From assembly GCA_951406725.2 (NCBI GenBank), contig OX597825.1, positions 51,584,001 through 51,648,000 of the forward strand: a stretch of DNA of 64,000 nt, read 5' to 3'. Position numbers and translations under genes: made by a program. Positions within the stretch are counted from its first letter, which is position 1; each line of letters opens with the position of its first letter. A model generated the notes under the pieces. It saw nothing but the letters and a program-made list of their open reading frames with translations. It was not told the DNA's origin and searched no databases. Source of the DNA: Octopus vulgaris. Taxonomy: Eukaryota. This document shows positions 53,979 to 64,000 of the stretch, one piece after another.

Positions 53979-55030
53979 TACGAGAGTAAGTCGACAATTA
54001 TACGCACTCTTACTCCCCAAAAAGAAAAAGCAGGCATTGAACACTTACGTCTTTTGTCGACATAGTCTCTTTGCTTCTCGATGCACTTTTAGCAGTCCAC
54101 AAGCTTATATATTCAATGAAAGGTTTTTGGTTGATCGCACAGCTATGTATGCTCCACGTCATGCTCTTCTTTGTTCTTAGGAAATCGATGACCTCGTAAA
54201 GAATGTTTCAGGTAACAATCAAAAGGGGCAAAATTTTGACTGTTTGCAGAGTGTTCTAGCAACTCGAAATCCAAATTTTGAATGGTTTCAGCAATGTGGA
54301 CGGCTGTATGTCGGCGTACATTGTTGTGTAACAATAACCCTTCAGATCACAATAGAGCTCGCCTTTTGGTGCTAAATTTTTTTAGTCTCTTGGCCAGTAT
54401 TTCAATTTTACCTACGCTGGTGAATTTAAATCTCTTTTCCAGATAATGTTCAAGTATAGACCCTTTAGTCCCCCCCCCCCGCCAAAAAAAACCCTGTTAG
54501 CATCACCTTTTCTACAGAAGGTTGAGTCCTGAATTTCTGTTTCGCTGGCGATTCTGGGTGTTTCCACTTCATACCTTGTGATCTGGATTCTGACTCAAAT
54601 CGATGGACCCAGGTCTCATCTCTTTAGACCATTCTCTCCAAAACAACTTCGCCTTCATCGTTTTAGCGTTGTTGAGTAATCGTTGATAGATATCTACACT
54701 CTTGGTTTTATACGTTTCGGTAAGCTCTCTTGTTAAACATGTTGCGCCAACTTTACAGAAGCAAAGCTTATCGTGGATGATTTCGTATGTAGAAATAAGT
54801 GTAACTTGCAGATCATATCCCACTATATCGATGGTCAATCGTCGGTTTGCCAGAACCATATCTCGAGAGTGTTGAAGCTTCATGTCTATGGTAGAGGATG
54901 ATGGGTGTCTTATTCCTTCTTCGTGATTCAGGTTTGTTCGTTTTAAATGCCTCGATCTACACATACAAACTTCTACGCGGTAGAGCGTGTACTCGTCCTA
55001 TACTGAATGTATGCTATGAATTTCAGAGTA
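53979..55030 (-). mobile_element. Mariner remnant
   Basis: NRRLTI, IIHDKL.F.KV.A..LTR.LT, KTQNRQ..KFRTQPS..KVML, LHNNVR.H, ELLEH..S.NFAP.D; end tacgagagtaagtcgacaattat. Confidence 0.85.
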
Positions 55031-56000
55031 GAGTAAAAATATTTCAAAGAGATGTTTGAAACTTATAACATAACTCCATAAAACTCAATATGAAAGCCAT
55101 GCTGTTGTGACAAATCAGATTTTCCATGTCAGCAGCCAGAATTGCCTCCAGTTTATCATTGCTGAAATCTTTCACTTACTTTGTAGAGAATGCGAAGACT
55201 GACTTTCAGCTAGCTACATCCTTTAACTATTCGTATGCATCGAACACCCAACAACATTTCATTTGCCAAAGGCTCAATCGCTCTTTACAACTTGTCTCAG
55301 GACTCCAGCTCGGTCAAAAGGTCAGGGGCATGAAACATTGACTACAATATTCAGCGTCGTGGGAGCCAGGTGTCTGAAGGTGAATAGCTGCCAACGCGTA
55401 TCTTCTCATGAACAGCTAGAAAACTGAGAGACGCCTTTACAAGAGAAACGGGTTTTTTTTCTACTGAAAGCAATAATAAAAAATTATGTTCCTAACTGGT
55501 TAGAGGTTTCTGAGCATAAAGTATAACAGCCATGTAGTAAAACTTCTTGCAGAGAAGCGATATAGGCATTATATACTCAGGTTTCACCTTCCAGGGAACG
55601 TCACAAACCATTCCCGAGTCAGAATGACCAACATGCCTGCAAACACTTCCTCATTTTCCTCCGCGAAAAATTGCAGCGATCTTAAAGAGCATCCGTTCTA
55701 CGACAATACCTCCCCATCTAGATACCGAGAAAGTGAATCTCACTAAAGAGACAGACTGAAGTATAATGTGTCAGCTTTATGAAATACGCAGCAAGAGAAC
55801 GCACTAGAATGAGTGAATAAGCTAATTGAACAAAGATAATATGTAAACGCGATAAATGTAGTTTTTGTCACATAATAATACTTAAGTATATTGCTTATAT
55901 ATAATGTACGTATACATATATATATATATATATATATATATGTGAGTGTGTGTGTGTATTTACATACACGTATATATGTATATGTATGCATACACACATA

Positions 56001-56101
<101 letters not shown>

Positions 56102-56879
56102 TGTTTACAATATTTCATTCTTTGCCATACAATTGCTGCACAAACCTAGCCTCTAGGCAGTGATTAGCAACTGCACAAAAAGGACAATGCATTCTTGCCT
56201 AAATAATAATGTTATTGTAACCTCAAAGCCTTCGTTAATTCTATTCAAAGAAAGGATGGCTGCAGAGATTGAAATCTAAATTATATGATTCACCTCTGAA
56301 AAGAAAGAAAGTAAAAATACTAACAATAATAATCGTATAAACTTACGTTGCTTTTTATCCTTTCGCAATCGCTTACATGTGCGCATACACACAGACGCAC
56401 ATTTTTTATCGCCTCTTATTCACTTTTCTCTTCTCTCTCTCTCTCTTCCACACTGTCTCCCTTTCTATGTATCGCCTCTCCCCCTCTTCCCTTCTCACTT
56501 CACTTTATGTATGCGTGAATGTGAATGTCATTTTCCTCTTGACGTTTCTCGTACGCAGGAATTCATTTTCATTTTTGATCCAATGGCAGTCAATGAATCA
56601 AGGATGAAAATATTTCTTGCAAGTAAATATTAAACAGAATCCAAATGAAATGTTTTAATAACACTACTTATAATTAAGGTTACTCATGTCCGGAAATGGT
56701 TTTCCGTAAAAAAAAAGGACTCGCAGCTATATGTAACTGTATGTATACATAGATACACAGGCATACATATGTAATATGTGTGAGTGTATATATACATAAA
56801 CACATACATACACACATACATACATACATACATACATACACAGACAGACAGACAGACACACACACACACACATATAAAC

Positions 56880-58104
56880 TAGGTTGTTTCACATGAAATG
56901 TCGCATTTTTAATTACTCATTATATTAAACCTCAATTATGTATACCTTGCATTTGATATTGACTCTTTTTCTTTCCCAACAATATTGGTATTCAAAATTC
57001 CTACCAACAGTTCTTATGAAAATGATAACAACTAAACTACGTTGAGTGATTTTTTCTCGTATGAGTACAAACTGGGTCACTCTGCAGCAGAGGCTCTACG
57101 GAATATCAAGCGGTCCTTTGGTAATGGTTTTGTTGACATGAGAACTTTTCAGAGATGGCTCCAAAGCTCTCGTTCAGGGGATGATAAACAAAAGGGTAGG
57201 CCAAACTCAGTTATTCTACCTGATGGATTAAGTGCTTTGGTTGAACAAGATCCGAGAACAAAGGTTCGAAAACTTTCATCAGAACCCCAAACATCTCGCA
57301 CAACTTTGGAGACTTGTAATACATTTAAAAAGTCAAGAAAACAGATAAGTTTGTTCCACGTCAACTGAATGAGATTATAAAAAATAACACACGCCTCAAA
57401 GTGTGCTCCTTATTGCTTTCTCGACAGGAAAAGGCCATTTTGCATTAAATCATTAATTTGATGAGATATGGATATTCTTTGACAACAGCAGGAGAAAAGG
57501 ACAGTGATTAGATGCAGGAAAATCACCTAAACACTACCCAAATCCACCATTGCACCCTAAATGTTAGTGGTCACTCTATGGTGGTCTGCGATATCAGTTA
57601 TTCATGATTCGTTTTGGCAACAAGGACAAACGATAATAGTAACATCGTATTGCCAGGAAATTGATTGTATGCATGAGAATTTCAAAAATAAGCAACCCAA
57701 ACTGGTGAATAGAGATGGCACAATTTTACTCTACGACATTGCTAGTCCTCACACTCCTGAAGCTACGGTTCAAAAGTTGAAAATCCTGAATGATGAGATT
57801 TTGCAACATCCTTCCTATTCCCCTGATATCTCTCCTACTGCTCATCACTTATTTAAGTATTTTGAGCTCTTCATAAGCAACAAAACATTCTTAAATAGAG
57901 AAGAGGTAATTGAAGCATTCGGACAGCTTATCACAGCAAAAGATGAATTCTTTTAAACGATGGAATACATGACATAGAGAACCGTTAGGTGTACGTCATA
58001 AATGAACATAGATCATACCTTAATTAAATAAATCAGTTCTCTAACATTTCTGAAGCATTTTATTGTTATCTTTCAAATACGACATTTTATGTGATTGAGT
58101 TGTA
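56880..58104 (+). mobile_element. Near full-length mariner pseudogene
   Basis: YEYKLGHSAAEA.RNI, GRP, VEQDPR, WILFDN, HP.YSPDISP; degenerate TIRs (cacatgaaatgtcg / cgacattttatgtg). Confidence 0.9.
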
Positions 58105-58201
58105 TTAAGTACTTGAAGCACCAAGTCAGTCCGGTAATATTCGCACAACTCGAAGGAAGGTGAATAAAATCAAAATAAGCAACAGGATATCAAGTAATAT
58201 T

Positions 58202-58285
58202 GCTGTACGACCGTTTCAAGGGGCGCCATTTAATTGAACAATGCAGTCATTACATCAATTTAAATACAGTGCCATCTTCAGCTGC
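58202..58285 (-). ncRNA. Hammerhead motif, copy 1 of a repeat family
   Basis: GCAG CUGAAGA [long stem II] GAAA CG gu CG UA CAGC. Confidence 0.6.
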
Positions 58286-58449
58286 AAAAATACAGAATTT
58301 AACAAGTAGGACACATTAATATACTTTTTCTTAAATATTTTAACAGAGTAAGTAGATGGAAGAAATTCATGTCGTCACTATTGTAGCAGAATGGCTAAGA
58401 ATAAACTGCAATTTCTTAGAATCGCATGCAGCATAGTGGGGTCATAGGG

Positions 58450-58764
58450 TTGTAATTCGACCCCAGGATTGATCCTTTGTAAGCCCAGTATTTATTCTAT
58501 CGGTCTCTTTTGTGGAACCGCTAAGTTGCGGAGACATAAACACACCAATGGTGGGTACAAACACGGACACAAACGCACACACATACACACACAAACGCGC
58601 GCGCACACACACATATCTATATATATACAACAACTTCTTTCTGTTTCCGTCTATCAAATCCACTCATGAGGCTTTGGTCGGCTCGAGGCTATAGCTGAAG
58701 ACACTTGCTCTAGGTGCCACGAAATTGGACTGAACTCAGAACTATGTGACTGGTAAGTAAGCTA
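58450..58764 (-). mobile_element. SINE family A body (its head is displaced to 60828-60864)
   Basis: Colinear with the family-A copy up to ...tggtaagtaagcta and resumes at 60828 as aagctagctacttaccacacagccactcatgcgcct. Confidence 0.88.
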
Positions 58765-60827
58765 TTTTATTTCATTAAGATTTGCCATAAAGGCATTACA
58801 AAGAGTAGCTTGCGGACTGGACATATACATTGATGAGGTGAATGATGAAACAAGAATGATATTGATGAGAGAAGGCAGAAAACGCCCGCCGATTTTCTGC
58901 TTCTCTAAAACATTGTTCTTTTTTTTTTCTTCAAAAACGACAATTATTGGACTTAATAGTCCATTACAAATATATATAATAAATTATTCAATATACAGAC
59001 AATCTAAAAGATCAATCCTCCTCAACGGAGCCCCCAAGCAAATTACGCGCTGCCTGCAGGAAAGCCTGCATTGGCAGATCGGGCCCCGGAAAGAGGAAAG
59101 CAAAATCTTCCTTATTACAGGTGACCATGACCTCGCACAACTCCTTCTGATTCACGACGTCCGCAGCCACCTGCGGAGGCCAGTCTGGACAGTCTATACA
59201 AACCGAGTTCAATCGTTCTCGGCCTGGAAGACCGTCCAAGCACTTCTCGACAGGCCCTTCACTGAGATAGAAAACGACGGGTTTCACGTCCTTCTCACGG
59301 GGAGGGGCCTCAGCCCGCTCTGTCAGTGGCACAATTCCTACTGACAGAGCCTCTCGCTCCGATGGCACACCTTCCACCGGCGGAGCATCGGATTCAGTCG
59401 GCGGCACAGCGATATCCGCCGACCGTCTCCCGTTTCTCTTCCTTCTCTTTTTCCTTCTTACGGGTGCGGGTGTCGCAGCCTCCACCGGCACACCCGGGGG
59501 CGGGTCCTCCTCCTCTCCCACAGCCTGCGCGTCTGTTGGTGAGCAACCATTGTTGCTCACCTTTCTTTTACTTCTCGTTGAGGTCGATGCTTCAACGACT
59601 TCCACCGATTCTCCCTGCAATGGAAGAGCGGAGGACACCTTCACCTTTCCCTGCTCCGGGACCTTACCACGACCCCGGGGGCAGTCCTTCTTAATGTGGC
59701 CTGACTCCAGGCATGAGTGACACATGAGGGAGGCGACCCTCAAGTATCACTGGATACCTTGAGTCATTCATTTTAAAAAAGTCCTGGTAAGTCATTTCAC
59801 CCGCGGGCACTGGGGTCCATGGTGTCAAAGTTGCCTTTGCACCCTCCCAGTCGACCACAGGCTTTTTCTCTGTATTTAAAAGCCTGGGCCCGCTATTCCC
59901 CAGACCCCGCTGGATGGCATCTGCAATCCACCCCGCTTCGGTGCCCGGGGGAGGACCACATACCCAGGCCCTTATCACCTTCTTCCCACGATATGTGGGA
60001 AGAAACAAAATCTCCTCCTCTTGGGCTGGCCTGCCACAGTGCAAGCCTCCTCAGGAGTGTCGAAAAGTAGCCACACCGTGGCGTATTTGACACCCCTGGT
60101 TACATAATAATTTTTAGCTGGTAAACATTTTGCCAGCTCTTTATTAATAATACCCTTGTCGAAGAGAGCGATGGCGTCAAGCGACCTAGAATAGGTCCGT
60201 AGTACCACCGTCCTTCTCTCAAGGCTTTCAATCCATTGCTTAAGTGGGATCACCTCGCATTTTAAGGCACTTTTTGCATTTGCCATGTTAAAAGTCAATT
60301 AAAAAGAAGAAGGAAAGTCCAATTAAATTAACAAGTCCAAAAAGGAATAAACAAGTCAGTTCAAAAAATGAATAAAAATAAAATTCCAAAGAAACGCAAA
60401 AACAACTCCAAAAAGAAAGAAAAAACAGAAGAATAGAGAAAAGAAAAACAGTTCACACAGCAAACATCAATGGCCAACAGGTACTCCTGGTCAACTTCGT
60501 AGGTTCAATGGTAATCCAACAAGTTTCAATGGCAAAGTCCAGTAAGTTCGGGAGAGGATACGCCCCCCCTTTTTTTCCCAGTAAATCAACAAACAGCAGC
60601 CGCTGGCAGGAGGCAGAATTGCCTCGGAGCTGGGTGAAATTTATCAACAAACAAACAGCTACTATTTGACAAATTACACCCAGCTCAAACGAAAACAAAA
60701 CCACCTTCCTCGAAGAGCTTATGCTGCCGTTGTTCTTTTTTTCTTTCAGTTCAATATTGGACGGAGCCAACATACTCACGTCCACCTCGGTTCACTGTAA
60801 TAAGCAACTCCAACGCGCATGTGCGGG
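58765..60827 (-). mobile_element. ORF1-only Tx1/L1-derived element (HAL1-like), with ~10-bp TSD
   Basis: ~540-bp 5' UTR, ORF1 60286-59012, ~245-bp 3' UTR ending AATAAAA; no EN/RT; TSD aagtaagcta (58755-58764) / aagctagcta (60828-60837). Confidence 0.8.
59012..60286 (-). pseudogene. Tx1-like ORF1 (gag-like, CCHC knuckle), two frameshifts
   Basis: Three overlapping ORFs join: RGVKYATVWLLF, LPTYRGKKVIRAWVCGPPPG, CHSCLESGHIKKDC and basic RRKKRRKR; homologous to the ORF1s at 25396-24770 and 24225-23774. Confidence 0.8.
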
Positions 60828-61518
60828 AAGCTAGCTACTTACCACACAGCCACTCATGCGCCTGTATGGCTATAAATATTATTATATTATCATAGGAATC
60901 CCTTAGGGAAGGAAACACATTATGAGGAAGACATTATGAGGAATAGTCAATTTGAAAGAAGCAACTGTCTATGAAAAAGAGGCAGGTTTGGGGTAGACTT
61001 TAAATCATGATGATAATTACTAGTTAAAGGGGAAAACACAAAAAAACTTAAGCTGCTAATACAAGGAAGATTTATTAGCGGCTCGATGGGGAACGTTTAT
61101 AAACAATATTGTTATGCTGTATAAAATAAAATTTAAGAATTCTAAAATGATATCATAAGCAAAATAGCTAAAATTTGTGTATGTATCAATTGTAAACATT
61201 AAAAAGGAAGATTACGTAGAATCAGTTTAATAGCCATTCATGTGCTTAATTTATTAATTATTAGGTGGTTTCTATAAAGACGGAAAATATGGAAAAATAT
61301 ACATACTATCTATAAATTTTAAGCCACGAATCAGAGGTGGGATATTGAGATAAGGATAATACACAGACATACTTAAATAAAAATTATAAAATTTAAAGTA
61401 GTATAAAAAATATATATACACGAAAAATACGTGCTGATATGAGTATGTGTAAAGTGCAAAATAATGCACACAGATACATATTAATATGTTCTACTTGTTG
61501 AAAAGTTCTATATTTTGT

Positions 61519-61580
61519 GGAGCTGAAGATAGTACTGCATTTAAATTGATGTAAGGATTGCATTGAAACGGTCGTACTGC
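61519..61580 (+). ncRNA. Hammerhead motif, copy 2 (same family as 58202-58285)
   Basis: GGAG CUGAAGA ... GAAA CG gu CG UA CUGC; the downstream ttgatatcctgttgcttattt is shared with copy 1. Confidence 0.6.
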
Positions 61581-61630
61581 TTTACAGCTTGATATCCTGT
61601 TGCTTATTTTGATTTTATTTATATATTTAC

Positions 61631-61661
<31 letters not shown>

Positions 61662-61671
61662 TGTATGTATG

Positions 61672-61715
<44 letters not shown>

Positions 61716-61720
<5 letters not shown>

Positions 61721-62810
61721 ACCAAATATGATTAGATAATTGTGTCGCTTTTCTTTTCAATTATCTAATCATATTTGGTCTTTAAGAGATAAGGGTTTCG
61801 ATTATAACATACATTGGAAGATTTTGGTCAAATGTAAGCCCTATACCAACGGCAGCGGAAGATGCAGTCTATGCGACATGGAGAGATGGCTCATCTGGAA
61901 AAGCAGCTTAGATCCTACTACATGTCTAAACTCAAGGACAGAACTTTTCGGATCATGCCCCAATGTGACTAAATTTCTGGTACGTTTTTGGTCTCCTAAA
62001 GAAAACAAATAGAACATGCTTTCTATGTTATGTCCCAAGAAGGTTTTTTACCTCATCATACCTTCTATCATATATTTTTATATATATTTTATGTATATAT
62101 AGGCGCAGGAGTGGCTGTGTGGTAAGTAGCTTGCTAACCAGCCACATGGTTCCGGGTTCAGTCCCACTGCGTGGCATCTTGGGCAAGTGTCTTCTGCTAT
62201 AGCCCCGGGCCGACCAATACCTTGTGAGTGGATTGGGTAGACGGAAACTGAAAGAAGCCTGTCGTATATATGTATATATATGGATGGGTGTGTGTGTTTA
62301 TGTTTGTGTTTGTCCCCCTAGCATTGCTTGACAACCAATGCTGGTGTGTTTACGTCCCCGTCACTTAGCGGTTCGGCAAAAGAGACCGATAGAATAAGTA
62401 CTGGGCTTACAGAGAATAAGTCCCGGGGTCGATCTGCTCGACTAAAGGCGGTGCTCCAGCATGGCCGCAGTCAAATGACTGAAACAAGTAAAAGAGTAAA
62501 AGAGAGTAAAGAGATATATTTTTTATATATTTTTATGTATTTTTATATAATTTTTTATAGCGAAAAATGCGAGTGAACATGCGTACGTTTACATAGCGAT
62601 GTATAAGTACGCAGGCAAGCAGAGTTATAACACAGTAATTTCCCTTTGTATAACGGTATTTTTTTCATAGCGTTTTCAAATAGCCAGATAACCGAAGAGA
62701 TGGCGTTGTGGATTCCCACTTCGGCATCTGAAACTCACAGATAAATTTCCTTTATTTACATAATATTGAGGTATCTTTCTTTCTTTTGTTAGCTTACCGT
62801 TTTACCAATA
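61716..62810 (+). mobile_element. Penelope-like 3' remnant with a 5' inversion, interrupted by a SINE
   Basis: LSNHIWSLRDKGFDYNIHWKIL..CKPY.NGSGRCSLC..E...LNSRTEL...C resembles the PLE endonuclease C-terminus; decayed hammerhead-like motif at 62692-62745; (TA)n at both ends. Confidence 0.85.
62101..62512 (+). mobile_element. Intact tRNA-derived SINE family A
   Basis: A box tggctgtgtgg, B box ggttcagtccc, internal TG tract and (aagagtaa)n tail; at least five related copies in the window. Confidence 0.92.
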
Positions 62811-63356
62811 TATATATATATATATAAGAAGTTAGCAGATTTAGAAGTTGAAATAACTGTCTAAGGGATAGAAGTATCCATTATACTACCGGTATTTTAC
62901 CTATGTTTAACCATGCCCATACATATGCAAGCATATTATGCTCACAAATTATGGGTAAAGAGAAGGATAAACACAAGTTTACCAAGAATCAGAATTTAAA
63001 CAAAACAGAAAATGGAGAAATATGGATGAACAACAATTGACTTACGTTAAATATCTTTTATTAATTCACTACAAATAGACTGCATCCTATCAAACGGCTG
63101 CTTCTTCTTCCAATGTTGTATGCTATTGCCACTGATATGCTAAAAACATTTCTCATATTTCGTAATAAAACTGATCTGAACCATGGAGCTTCAATAGAGT
63201 CAAGAATAAATGCTAAAGAAGGGATTAGAAAAGAAAAGTTCAATATGGTTGTAATCATACCATTTTGATTGTGTATCTCTGGGACTTTAAGTAAATGACT
63301 AAACTTAAACCAGTATTTGGTGGATTAATCCTTTGCATGGGGATATAGGATGGATA

Positions 63357-64000
<644 letters not shown>

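Noticed and set aside
55418-55462. Hammerhead-like agaaaa ctgagaga ... gaaacgggtt tttttct
   Set aside because: The core spacing is wrong and there is no stem II.
62101-62175. Possible tRNA genes (also 24226-24290, 36620-36665, 36872-36900, 51890-51958)
   Set aside because: A and/or B boxes are present but there is no complete acceptor stem; they continue into SINE bodies or are fragments.

Overview
AT-rich, microsatellite-saturated eukaryotic DNA. The repeat inventory (tRNA-derived SINEs, (TA)n/(TAA)n/(TATC)n arrays, RTE, R4/Dong, Tx1, Penelope, Tc1/mariner and Helitron remnants) is most consistent with an octopus-type cephalopod genome; this is an inference. No intact host protein-coding gene can be supported: the ORF track is almost entirely microsatellite translation or broken transposon ORFs. 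Most notable: (1) two independent Tx1/L1-like insertions split the same SINE family within about 15 nt of the same point in its tRNA-like head, both co-oriented with the SINE; one is a complete-looking ORF1-only (HAL1-like) element with a target-site duplication. (2) About 8 type-I hammerhead-ribozyme motifs sit in Penelope-like ends, including a U3-A8 compensatory core variant and a well-paired copy in a non-coding element with inverted arms. (3) A 445-bp foldback palindrome. (4) A composite Helitron carrying a piggyBac end. (5) A non-coding element family embedded in (TAA)n. Coordinates were read by eye, so boundaries of decayed elements are approximate.
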